Of a stretch of 64,000 nucleotides of DNA, positions 1 to 13,050 are shown piece after piece. The notes under the pieces are model-generated. The model ran no database searches. It saw only the letters and a list, made by a program, of their open reading frames with translations, and was not told where the DNA came from. The stretch's first letter is position 1, and every line of letters begins with the position of its first letter. The translations under genes were made by a program, and so were the position numbers. The stretch spans positions 88,481,741 through 88,545,740 of the forward strand of contig CM041465.1 of the NCBI GenBank assembly GCA_023213395.1. The letters run 5' to 3'. Source of the DNA: Cycas panzhihuaensis. Taxonomy: Eukaryota > Plantae > Cycadophyta.

Positions 1-208
1 TTTTACAATGCACTGTACATGCATAAATACAACTCTAAAACAAAATCTAAATTCTAACTAATCAACATATGTGATGTGAAAGTTGTAACCCCCAATGACT
101 CATCACTCACATAAACATTAAAATAAATCTAAACTTAATATAATAAAAAACTTAAAGGGAGACCCATAACCCAAAGTTATGAGACACAAATAAGCATTAA
201 TGTTAACA
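1..208 (-). repeat. 3' LTR of element A (partial)
   Basis: Aligns with 6615-6820. Starts TGTTAACA on the minus strand, directly after the PPT attaaggtggag (209-220). Confidence 0.92.
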
Positions 209-216
209 CTCCACCT

Positions 217-3200
217 TAATGTTTATTTCATTTTTTCTAACACCTAAGCCATCCCTAAAAGTCTAGAATCTGTCACATACCAGTGATTTGGTGAAAATGT
301 CAGCCAATTGTTCTTTTGTCAGCTTGAACATCATCTCAATCATACCTTTTTGAATCAATTCTCAAATAGAGTGATGGTGCACCTCAATATGTTTGGTGCA
401 AGTGCGAAATACCAAATTTTTTGCAATCTTCAAAGTATTATGATTGTCACAATACAAGATAGTTGGTTCCAATTGCAGTAGTCCCATGTCCTCCAAAATC
501 TGACATAACCAAACGGCTTCAATAGCTGCTATAATTGCAGCCTTATACTCTGTTTCAGTCGAGAATAAAGCAACATTTGATTACTTTTACTACTCCAAGT
601 GATGATAGATGAACCCAAACTAAAACAAGATCCAAAATTGATCTTCTATTATCTGCATGTCCGGCCCAATCGAAATCTGTGAATCCTATCAACTTGAAAT
701 TGTCATTATGCTAGAATTTAAGTCCATATTCAATTGTCCCTTTCAAGTATTCAAGGATCCTCTTTGCAAATTTCCAATGACTTTATTTTTGCACAGTCAT
801 AAATCTAGACACCATTCTAAGTGCCAAAAAATATATCAAGTCTGGTAGTAATCACATATATTAGACTTCCCACCAATTACTTGTACAATGTTGAATCAAC
901 ATTTGCTCCACCATCTTCCGTTGTTAATCTAGAACCTGTCTCCATGGAGGCAAGTGCAAGTTTACAATCATTCATTCTAAATTTACTTCTCAAGTGTACT
1001 TCGCCTGCAAGATGAATACATGCTCAAGCCTTTGCCATACTTCCACACCAAATAAGTAGTGTAAATTCCTAGATCTGTCATCTCAAAGAAATGACTAAGA
1101 TCTACCTTCACGTTTGATATCATATCGATATCATTACCTATGATCAGTACATTGTCAATATACAATACCACAAACATGATTTTATATTTTTCTACTTTGA
1201 TGTATAAATTTGAGTCAGCTAGAGATCTCTCAAATCCATTCTTCAAAAAATATTAATCAATCTTTTCATACTGGGCTCTAGGAGCCTGTTTCAGCTTGAA
1301 CAAGACCTTCCTGAGTCGACATACAAAATGCTCATGAGCTTTTTCAACAAAGCCAAGTGGCTACTCCATGCAGACTCCTTTGTTTAAATCCCCATTCAAA
1401 AATGCACTCTTTACGTCCATCTGTTGTAGTTGCCAATTGAATTGTGCAACTATTGCCAAAATGAAACAAATGGTATTCATCTTTGCAATAAGAGCAAATG
1501 TCTCTTGGTAGTCAATCCCTTCTTGTTGCTTGAAGCCTTTCACTACAAGTAAAGCTTTGTATCTATCTACAGATCCGTTCGATTTGAACTTCTTCCTGTA
1601 GATCCATTTACATCCAATTGCATTCTTGCTAGTAGGCAATTTGACCAAATCCCATGTGTGGTTCTTCCTATAGATCCATTTGCATCCAATTGCATGCTTA
1701 CTAGTAGGCAATTTGACCAAATCCCATATGTGGTTCTTCCTAACAGCTTAGATCTTAGTCTCCATAGCATCATTTCACTTCTACTCTTTGACAGCTTCTT
1801 CAATTGTAGATGGTTCATTTGCATCTAATACACGTGGTATAAGAGCTATGCTCACACTCAAAAGTTTGCATCTTTGACTTCCACTTTCTCTCAGAATCAA
1901 GTAACAACTTCTTAGCATCCTTCATAGTTTTTGAATACCATTTTGGAAGCTTCTTCTTCAATGATGAAGGTGAAGGATTAGACAATTTCTCTGGCTTTGG
2001 CTTCTGCTTAGAATTAGCTTTTGGAAACTAAAAGGATTCTAATTCTACTTCTTCACCAATAACAAGCGGCTCATATTCAAGTTTAACAAGACCACATGAA
2101 GAACTACATTCAGGCAACTCCTCTATCTGATCCTCAACCTCAACTGAATTAACATCTTGTGTCTCATCTTCCTAAAAGATTACATCACGAGTTGTATGAA
2201 CTTTTCGAGTTGATAACTTATATACTCCATATGCTTTGCTTTCCTTAGAGTATCCAACAAGGATGCACTTCATGCTTTTATCTTCTAACTTTCGTCATTT
2301 TTCCTTGGGAATATGCACGTATACATTACACCCAAAGATTCTCAGATGACTTACAGTTGGTTTCCTACCTAACCAAGCCTCCTCAGGTGTTATGTTCCTA
2401 ATAGCCCTTATAGTTCTTCTATTCATCATATATGTAGTTGTGTTTACAACTTCTGCCCATAAGAAATCTGTAACATCCTTGCCTTTCATCATCACTTTGG
2501 CTTTTCCAACCAAAGTTTTGTTCATCTGCTCGACAACTTCATTCTACTGAGGCGTATAGGCAGTAGCAAACTACCTCTTAATTCCATAATCCTTGCAGAA
2601 CTATGTGAATTCATTCCAAATGTTCTCTCCACTATTGTCAATTCATAGGACCTTGACCTTCTGACCACTTTCACTCTCCACCAACTTCTTAAACTATTTG
2701 AAGTAAGCGAAGGCTCATGATTTTTTTCTCAGTGGAAAAACCCAAACTTTCATTGAAAATTTGTCAATGAAAGTGATGAAATATCTCGCTCCACCTAGTG
2801 AGATGATAGGCATTGGTCCACAAATGTCTCAGTGAACCAATTCTAACTTTTCTCTTGCTCTTCATGCTTTCTTCTTCAAAAATGGCTTTTTGTGTTGCCT
2901 ATCAAATACAAAATTCACATAAACAAACTTTGTTGTTAATCATAGGAAGATCATGCACCATTTTTTACTTGTGCATTAGTTAGAGACTAGAGTAGTTCAA
3001 ATGACCCACTCTTTCATGCCATAACCTTTGTTTAGCCGATACAACAAGGGACGTTGTCTGTACATAAGAGTGTCCTTACAATTTATACATATTATTCTCT
3101 CCAAGTCTTATGGCTACAACCTTGTTCTGTTTATCTCGAACAATGCACTATCCTCAAGCAAACATTGTAGTCATATCTTGTTATTCAATTTCATCAACTA

Positions 3201-4373
3201 AAATAAGATTTGCCTTTAGATTTAATACGTGCAAAACATTTTCCAAGTGTTGTTGATCACCATTCGACAAAATAAATGGTACCTTTCCAATTCCAACAAC
3301 GTCCAGCTCAGTGTCATCCCTAATGGTTACTTTCTGATTCACCTACCACATCTCAGCAAACCAATCCAACCTTCTAGTCATATGTCGTGATGCACCAGAA
3401 TCAATGGATCATATATCATGTACATCATAACCCATTTCATATGCAGCAAGAAGCAGCCGTGTTATAATCATAACAAGTGTCTCCTCTATTGAATCCATAA
3501 CATGACCACATTGTCCAGGTGGTCATTGTTACTACTTTTGTTGTTTGGGTTGATTTTGAGGCTACAAAGAGCGTTGTTGTCACTGTCATTCCCAACAATC
3601 CTTTTTTATATGACCTAACCTCCCACAACAATAACATTTAGGCCTGTATTGTCCCTTTGAAGTTCCCGATTTGCACTTTTGAACTACACTTTGAAATAAA
3701 GGGCTTCTTCCCTTTCGATTTAGATATGAGTGCTCCAGATGACTCGCTATGCATGTGTTTCAATTCCTACTCATGTGCCACAAGTAGGGATTCCAAAAAA
3801 ACAATTGTCATAGTGGACAATTTATCTACCAGGGTTAATGTGGTTGTGAAGTTCTTATACTGGAGTGGTAGACTCCTTTGTATGCAAGCAATGATTTCTG
3901 AATCAGGAATCACCTCCCCATTTGTCAACAATTGATCCTAAATTGACCACACATTATGCATGTGTTCCATCATATTTCCAATCATCTTCAAAGTGTACAG
4001 CTGACTTCGTAGGTTCAAGGCTCTCACGTCGTCCTTTGTGCTCAAACAGGTTCACAACCGTGTCCCACATATGTTTCGATGTAATAATGCCCTTGATGTT
4101 TAAAATGGTGCTGCCACTAATTGACACGCTGACAAAACCAAAAGTTATATGCATCTTCTATTGGTATTCAGCATTAAAAGTAACATCAGTGGTCAGCTTA
4201 GTTTCAAACACAGTAAACTCCGTAGCATCTTTACCTCTGACTAATTTGTTTACACACTTCCAGAGATCATTTAAATGAAAGAAACTAAACATATGATGTT
4301 TCCAAATAGTATAATTTTCATGACCTATGAGTTTTTCTATGATTGTACCCATTATGCTTCCTCCACTAGCCAT
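217..4373 (-). pseudogene. copia gag-pol pseudogene of element A
   Basis: Fragments: MASGGSIMGTIIEKL..NYTIWK (Gag), a CCHC knuckle near 3600, protease near 3400, FLWAEVVNT..HLRIFGC (integrase), AIGCKWIYRKK..QMDVKSAFLNG (RT). Many stops and frameshifts. Confidence 0.92.
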
Positions 4374-5524
4374 TTTAAGCCAAAAACTGACAAAAGACAA
4401 CTAAAAAGTAACTAAACAAGCACATAAATAAAGTAAGAAGGCTGTGAAAGTCTTCAGTCTATACACAGTTAACTGGTATGAGTGAATTTACTATCTCGAT
4501 CTACTCATAGGTAGCCGAAATATCACAAAAAATGCAAAATATTGATTTTTCACCAAAATTTTGTACTGAAGTGTTGCATATGATTGTTGTCATATCGTAG
4601 ATCTTGAAAAATCAAGCATTGTGGTATATTTATTTGTCTAGAACGGACTTTGGATCATCCTATAATGAACATGGCTCCTAAAATACCACATGAACGAGGC
4701 TAGTTGGCTGGCAGCATCAGTGTGAGCCTCAAAATTAAACCTAGTTCAGTTTAATGTAGCCCAAACATTAGAAATTTAAAAATAAACTTTAGCCAAAGTT
4801 TATTTGAGAATATTCTCCACCAAACATTCCCCCAATGGCATCAGCAATGAACAAATCCTCCTCAAAAATCAGAATTTTCTTAGAATTAGAACCGTTTTTT
4901 CCAAAAATAACTTTGTCACTACATTGTCAACCTTTCAACGATCACAATGATAGGTTAGTGACAAGGCTTTCATGGCAACAATGATGATTGGGCATGAAAA
5001 AGCGGTTGTCCTCCTCCTCTATCCAAGTTTGATCAATTTTTCTCCTCCGTTTGCTCTATAATTCTTATCTCTTCCTCTATGTGTTCACTCTAAAGATAAA
5101 TTTTTCCACTTCACACAGTGATTAGATAGCCACTAATGGCTTCTCCTTTTCAATTGCATGACCCAGTTTCCTTGTTGTGCACTTACAGCCCTCAAATGGT
5201 CGATTCATTCACCGTCTATGTTTTGCTCTTCAATGGAGTTTTAACCAACCATTTTCTTTGATTTCTCAACACCTTGTGGCATCTACACACTATTGCGTGG
5301 CAAGTTTGTAGTGTTTGGCCCTCTGTGATGGGTGTTTCTGTTTGGAGCTTCTTTGGGTGTGATTTTAATTCACCCATCGATGGTATCTTCATTGTCCAAC
5401 GATTATGGCAACTCCTCAATGGTGATCGATCGATCTAGTCGATGTATGACCTTGCCTCTTCAACACAAGTCTTTCATGTAGGCGCCAAAGTGAAAATGGT
5501 CTACGCAGGCAACCTAGTAATCAC

Positions 5525-5537
5525 CACACACACATAC

Positions 5538-5576
<39 letters not shown>

Positions 5577-5577
5577 T
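5525..5577. repeat. (CA)n(TA)n microsatellite in the leader of element A
   Basis: Directly visible dinucleotide run. Confidence 0.95.
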
Positions 5578-5905
5578 CAAATTTTTCAATTTTGTATAGT
5601 TTAAAAACTATATGTGATTTGAAATATTGTTGGATGAATATTTAAATTTCAATCAATGTGTCTTTTCTAAGGTTTAAGAATATTGATTTTAATACCTTCT
5701 CATAACACTTTTTCACCATTCATTTTAGTTGCCCATTCATTTTAATACTATTTTTTTAATGGAGATTAATCTTAGTTTCCAGTGGTCTTAAATTGCTCAT
5801 GAATATGACTTATTTTCTCTCTTTTCTACCTACATGTAGGTGATCAATAGGTTTTAATCTGATTGTTTATAGGTGTGTCCATCTGCCTACCTGCATGTGT
5901 CTTTT

Positions 5906-5964
5906 TTAGCTTGCATGTAGGTCTCGTTAGCCTGCATGTGGGTCTCGTTAGCCTGCATGTAGGT
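5906..5964. repeat. 21-bp tandem repeat, about 3 copies (ttagcctgcatgtaggtctcg)
   Basis: Units start at 5906, 5927 and 5948. Confidence 0.9.
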
Positions 5965-6470
5965 GGCAAATACAAGGTGCAAATTGCTCAACATAATGAG
6001 CCATTTTCCCACATCAAACATGAGTATGGACAGCCTACACGTTAGTGAAAATATATGCATATAAGTCAATAGAAAACTAATGCATGTCATATAATATTGC
6101 AATCTAATTTTGATTTTATAACGTAGAAAAACGGATGTAAAAGATCATATTCAAAGGTATGAATAGATATCTACAACCTGTAAAGATTACACCTTTAATC
6201 AATGAACAAGCATCTGTAGCTTGTTAATGGCTACTCCCCCTTGAAGATAATACTAGTTTTGTTTGCTCAGTAGTACTTAGACGTCTACATTTGAAAATAA
6301 ACATCATAGGGGAGTGCCTGCCGCATCTAACATCCTACATACTTGCTTCAACAAATTTCTACAACATGCTACCTAAATCTGCCTAAAAGATTGAATTTAT
6401 CAACCTAATAAATAGAGTTACAGTATGTTTAAATCTACCAACAATTATAGCTAATAAACTCCTACAATCA

Positions 6471-6482
6471 ACCCCAATACCA
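6471..6482 (-). promoter_or_regulatory. Degenerate primer-binding site of element A
   Basis: tggtattggggt on the minus strand immediately after the LTR end ...tcctaca. Resembles the tRNA-iMet PBS tggtatcagagc. Confidence 0.65.
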
Positions 6483-6820
6483 TGTAGGACTACTAAAATT
6501 TGAATAATAACAAAAATGGAGAACTAACTATGGTAGAGTCAACATATCAATTAATATGAAAGTTACTTTCACATAACTTAAATAAATCTCACGCTAAAGT
6601 CATCTCTTATTAAATTTTACAATGCATTCTACGTGCATAAATACAATTCTAAAACAAAATCTAAATTCTAACTAAGCGACACGTGATGTGAGAGTTGTAA
6701 CCCCCAATGATTCACCACTTACATAAATGTTAAAATAAATCTAAACCTAATATAATACAAAACTTAAGGGGAGGCTCATAACCCAAAGTTATGAGCCACA
6801 AATAAATATTAATGTCAACA
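6483..6820 (-). repeat. 5' LTR of element A (338 bp)
   Basis: TG...CA termini. Matches 1-208 and, more distantly, 29719-30061. Confidence 0.9.
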
Positions 6821-7108
6821 TGCAACAGTGGAAACACAATGGCTCGAGATGACATATCGCATATGCACCACAGTAACAATTCTATGGCTCAACTACAACA
6901 GCTCTATGTCTTGATCGATCATTTCAAGAATTCCACCATGGAAACATATCAGGTTGCAAGCTATTGGATGCCACTATGAATGGCATCCCACCAAATCTAG
7001 AGTGCGTCTACATATAAGCTAAGCCATCTTACCCATAGCTCCCTTGGCATCTCACCACAGGCCTCCAACCTTTCATTAGAATCGGATACTGTACTCAATG
7101 AAATAAAA

Positions 7109-7580
7109 CCTGAGGTACCACTGCCAACCAATCAACCTCACATATAGTCCACAATAGAATCCATCATATATTCAACACAAGCATGCAAAAACTAGAGAGC
7201 CAAATTCACACAAAGATATATGAAAACCATCAACTTGATTTCATAACAAGAGAATCAATGAATTAATCCAATAGATTGATTGTTAGATGAGTTTCCACAC
7301 TCAAACATAGATGCACTAAGCTCAAAATACCAACATTTGAATACCAAAATGTTAAATCACTTGCCACCCTTCTACTTGTATACTTTGAATCAACTACCTT
7401 ACATAATTTAGTTGCCTTAACCTTCAACTACTTTTAAGGCATTTAAAAAATAATTAAAGCCAAAATCCCCTTTTTAATCACATTCTAGAGCAAGTTAAAT
7501 GCAGACATAAGCAAGTTCCTTTTTATTATTCCACCAACTACATTAGTAACCAAGTGGGCTCACAAAAGGGGTATTATACA
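7109..7580 (-). mobile_element. Possible orphan LTR plus PBS (element K)
   Basis: Minus strand reads tgtataatacccc ... ggca, then g, then tggtacctcagg. No second copy in the window. Confidence 0.3.
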
Positions 7581-7627
7581 CAAAGGGTCAAGACTCGGGA
7601 AGTTCTCCTCAAGGATTCCTTCTTTGT

Positions 7628-8605
7628 TGATGTCATGTTCACCCATTTTATTTCCCTTTGAGCAATCCAATCACATATTATTATTTGGGAATTCATTATT
7701 ACATTATGTACAATGCCTTCAACAATCAACCCTCAAGATGATTACATATGTACATGCATAAGCCTAATGCCTCAAATGACATATAACATCACTCTACAAA
7801 ATTTTTAATGTAACAAGATGCACCCGTCACACTTAATGGGGCATTTCACTAAGCTCCCATTTATAACAAAGGTGAACATCTCATCACAACATGAAATATA
7901 AGATAACAAAATAAAATGCATATAAGGAAATGTACAAGGAGTACCATGTGGTGTGTTACATTGCTCGATGTGTTGTAGACAAGATTGAGCCCTTAGATGT
8001 TTAAAACATCCATTTTGGTTCATACACCATATCTTTGCATTGTTGGAATGCTTCTCACAGACAAGGAATACAGTCGAGGAATGGCCATAGGAATACTAGC
8101 CATTGAGAATTGTTTAGGGGACCATCACAAAATGCCACCAAAATGATAAAGGAGCACCACCTATAAATGAGCGCTACCCGGAATGGCTCAATTAGAGGAA
8201 CATTACCCAAATGTCATTAGAACAACTCTAAAAAAACCCAGTTAAGGGAATGCTATCCAAAGCGCTATCAGGATGGCATCAACAAGAAGCACTACCAAGA
8301 ATGCAATCTAAAATGGCACATGCAAGCCAAAATGCCTAGTACAGAACTCTTTGACTTCTATGCATTTTATAGGATTATTGTAGGATCATAGCTCCATCCC
8401 CTTCTCTATGGTTGTACCAATTGTTTGAGAGTTTCCTGCACCTCCCTCAAGGTCTCATCGATTGGTATTTAAGCTCCATTCCTTCCTAGGGCCACATCGC
8501 CTAATTTCAAAACTATTGTTCCATCACCTTGCTACATATCATTTGGTATTAGAGCTACTCATCAATTGCCTTCCTCCCCAACTACATATCAAATGGTATT
8601 AGAGC
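7628..8605 (+). mobile_element. Probable LTR (element J) ending in a duplicated LTR end plus PBS
   Basis: tgatgt start and acatatca end. PBS tggtattagagc at 8544-8555 and again at 8594-8605. The left boundary is inferred. Confidence 0.5.
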
Positions 8606-11151
8606 ATGTTGGTCCCATCAATTGCAAGTCATACTTGGAGTGGGCATATTCTTTATGTACAAAATAGCTACAATAGAACTATGCATGGCTCTATTGAAGC
8701 TCACCATTATAAATTTGCTTGAGATATCAACCAATTTCACTATCAAAGGATACAAGTGGAGTCTTGAGGATTTATTAAGCACCGTTGGCACATCCATAAG
8801 TAGGTACACGAAGCCTTGATGAACACTCAAGTAAATTACAAAGAATAATGTAACAAGCATAAACAAGATCATACCTTCCAAGTTGCAAATCAAGATTTGT
8901 TACTCTACCATCAGAAATGTTAAAAGATAAGGAAAGAAAACTCAGGCACATTCACTTTGGAACTTATACAACAATTGATGCAATTCGATTAAATCATTTT
9001 AAGATTAATTTTCCAACATATCTTGAAATTCAACAAATGCTTAACATGGACACAATTCAATTCCATGAGACATCTATTCCTAATGAAGGAAATTTGGGTG
9101 TTATCCAACATCCAAATGAGACAAAACCAAATTTCTAATCACCCTTGGTAGAAGACACTATATTTCGAACAAAGGTGAGGCAAACCCAACATTCCAAGTT
9201 GAACTTGTATAAAAAGGGGAAAATGGCAATACCTTTATTATGCTTAATGGTATGCTGGAGAAAAGAGGCAAATTTTCATCACCTGAATGGATAAATAATG
9301 AAATCCATTTCTCAATGAAAGGATGAATGATTGTTGCAAAATTATTACAACCATACCCGAGATACCCACTAGCTCTTTTATCACTTTATATCATCTTTTT
9401 TTTTAATAATACTTTTAATTTCTTTACAAATTAATTGTGTTTTTCTACATGCATTATTAATTTGCATGGGGATTCTTCACACCTTGGCACATCTCAAATA
9501 CTTTGCAAATTTACACACTAAAATTCAGCAAGCTTACACATCTCAAAAACATCACAAATTTGCATGCTAAAACTTACCAAGTTTCAATGCTCAAAATGCT
9601 AGTAGATTTGTGTATTCATATTTGAAGAAGAAATAAAGAAAATGAGAACACAAATACCAATTGTTCCCATGCATTTGCTACTTTAGATATGTATAACTAA
9701 AAACTGCATATTCATAAAACATCAGTCCAATAATAGTTAGTCTTTTTTGAATTCTAGTCATTGTAAGTGTAGGAAGCCAAATTTGCTACTTGACATTAAA
9801 TTTCAAGGATCTCAATATGAGTGAAAAAGAAGATTGGATAGTTGTTTCCAGTATTACTTTCCAAGAACTGTACTAGCATGGGGAGTTTAAAAAATACAAC
9901 TCACTTTGGATTAAAAACCCAACTTCATTATAGATTCAATTAAATTAAAGTCAATTTTTAGAGAGATACTACTCAATTTAAGAAACTAATCTTGGTTTAA
10001 GAAAATACAACTTTCGCTTAGCAATACGTAACAACCAATCTAGAGGGCACAATTTTCGCTTTTACGCCTACTTATATTAAGTTCTGAGATCACAGTTTTT
10101 TGTTTATAATGTATAGTCATCAAATTTTGATATTCTAGAATGTTTGATTGAAGCAAGGATGAAGATTAGCTACACACAAAGAATAACATGTCAATTTTGG
10201 TAATTGATCCCTTAAACTAATATTCATCTATTTCATTACTAGACTCTATAAAACTGAATAAGTTCATGTTCTATTAATAATTGTTTAATAGGATGAGTTA
10301 CAACCATTAATTCACACCTCTTGGGAACCAATGGAAAAAAGGTATATATAAACCTACTTTTAGGGTGTTGTAAATCATTAATTGGAGTGAGATCATTTGA
10401 ATCTTCTCTTATCATTGATCGAGATCATGAGAATGTTTGGTTGATAATAGTCTTTTGATAATACGTTATGTATTTTCCCATTTCATTATGCAATGTGTTA
10501 AGTGAACAAATGATATTAGTGGATAGGAAATGATACTAAACATGATGAATGTGCAAAATTAATATTCTCTCACTTGGTAAGATTTAATAATATGAATCTT
10601 GCCAAGATTTCCCAATGGATTTATAACCGAGTAACACCGGTTCCATTGCCTATTTTGGACCTCATGTGTCCCTAGTGAGTAGAAAAGTGGTTCTTACGAC
10701 AAAATGAGGATTGGGAAGTAATAAAACTGGTCCATGGAGCCTACAAGCCAAACTAGTAGGAAGTGATTTGATACTATAGGTTGTTGGTGTTCATGCAGAG
10801 GCGCTCCCCTATGGTAGCCATTTTCAAGCGCAATCGTTTGAATATTGTCGAGCAAACAAAACTAGTTTTTTCTTCAAGAGGAAGTAGCCACTAACAAGTT
10901 GTACATGCTTGTTTAATAAATTTGAATAGCATAAATTAATCCACAAGTTGAAGATACCTGATTAGAATGTTTTATTTACGTGTTTTTATTTCTGCACTGA
11001 ACTGCAATATTTGTTATTAGAAGTTTTTTTTTTTTCAATCTAACATGTATTTGTTAATCAGTAACATGCAGATGTATTAAATGTTCTCCTTTTTAGTTTG
11101 AATTTATTGCTCTGTTTATTGAACAGATTTCATTGTTCTAACAATGACATG

Positions 11152-11616
11152 TGACAACCTAGGATCATATGAGAAGCAAATGTGCTAAGAGATTTGATGA
11201 ATAGCACCAAATAAACTAGCCAACAAGCAAATAAATACTCAAGCATATGAAAGGCACTAGCAATGGAGGAGTAGAAATTATTCCTAACTCCAAAATAACA
11301 AGATTTTCTTGTATTCAAATGAGTAGCATAACAATACATCACCTCTCACTCCCGCCTACATGAGAAAATAGTCTCAATATATAAGGAGGAGAAAGCTTAG
11401 GGGTTGCATGTTTGACACTTGTCAAACATGCACGCTTATGTCCCATGTGCACTCACACGCAAAAGTGCATGAAGTGTACATTGACCTTCGAGTTACAACA
11501 TCATGCCCACTGGAAAGAATGTGGGTGTATATTTTATCACGTTGAGTGGTAAAGTACTTTACAAAAGTACACAATATAAAGCACATGACTTTATATTTAA
11601 ACATAAAGGTCTAACA
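11152..11616. mobile_element. Solo LTR (465 bp) in the leader of B
   Basis: TG...CA termini flanked by the exact 5-bp TSD ACATG (11147-11151, 11617-11621). No flanking PBS or PPT. Confidence 0.7.
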
Positions 11617-12709
11617 ACATGCGTGTCTAAGCAAGTGACATGCAAGCACGATCGATATATACAAAGCACAAGTACCTTCAACAAGATATATATCATGCAA
11701 ACTTCAAATTGAAATCACCAACAAAACAAATAGTGAATGAAAAGCACCTCTATTGAATGACAAAAACCTCTATTGAAAGCTTAAGGACAAATTTTAATCC
11801 TCTATTAAGACAATACACAATGATTAAAAGAACAATAAAAATTGTTGAAACCCTATGTTAAAGTGAATGGACATTAAAGTAAATGGACATCCTCTGAAGT
11901 GATGTGATTAAACACAAGAGAGAAGCTCATGATACGCCTTCTACTAAAAAATACAATGAAAAACACTGAAAAAGCAAAGGACGGAGATTGATCAAATTTG
12001 AACGAAAAATCATTGAAAAGATTCATTTTTTAAACTTTACAAAGGGTATAAACATCGAAAAGGGTACATTCTTCATGAATATCCCAAAGTGTATAATGTA
12101 AAGTTGAAAAGCATTGAAAAAGAAAAATCGAATTTTTTCAACAAAATGGCTATCGTGCAACCTACGCAAAAAAGGGCAACCCACGACAGACGAAAATGAT
12201 TGAATCTTGATTATTTGACCACCAATTCCCAATTTGAAGCAGGTGTCCACTTCGTATGAGTCTACAAAAGCCACTTGAAGCTACAGACTGGAGAGAAGTA
12301 GATTTTTCATAGTGATAGAGCTGTGGAAAGTCATACAACCAAACGAACATGCAGAGGCCATTTTTTCTGATTTTGAGCCAAAAAAAGCATAGAGCGGGGT
12401 CTAAATTCATCACAAATGACAACATGAACAATTTCATTGTGATCTGAGAGCCATAGGAGACAGAACGAAGTGAAACAAAGGAGAAAAGGCAGCCAAACGA
12501 TGTGAAAAATCGCCCAAACAATGCCAAATTAATCTGAGGACAAAATATCTTGCATGCAAACTAGTTGAAAACCAAGTAAGGCAACATGCATGATGCAGTA
12601 ACAACAAACAATGTCAAATTTCATCTCCAATGAAGAAAATTTGCTCACAAAAGCGAAATTGTAATCATAGGAGGAAGACAAACATTTTTGCATGCATAGT
12701 GATGAAAGA

Positions 12710-13050
12710 TGTTAGCGTGAGAGTTAATTATTAAGCCACTTGTTAATGTTATTGTGGTGGTTTAATTAATGTGATTAACAAAAGGTGCGAGTTATGCAGA
12801 GTCACAACCTTTATTGGTTGACAACTCTTAAGGGATTATAAATATCTCGGAGTCCCTTGTATATTCACATCAATCAAGTGGTAATCAATGTGATTGATAG
12901 ATCTTTGTGGTGGGTTTTTTTCCGAAAGGATTTCCCACATATATCATGTGTATTGTGCAATTGTTTTCTGTGTTTATCTTGTTTGCTTGTTGTGTATAGT
13001 AAAAGATTCTACAAATGTAAACACGATGAGTTCATTCACGTTTCTTAACA
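12710..13050 (+). repeat. 5' LTR of element C
   Basis: TGTTAG...TTAACA, direct repeat of 18269-18613. Confidence 0.95.

Larger units (their letters stand above)
1..6820 (-). mobile_element. Ty1/copia LTR retrotransposon A (decayed; 3' LTR runs off the window)
   Basis: LTR copies at 1-208 and 6483-6820, PBS-like site, PPT, and gag-PR-INT-RT-RH remnants in copia order on the minus strand (RT motifs QMDVKSAFLNG and LYIDN). Confidence 0.95.
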
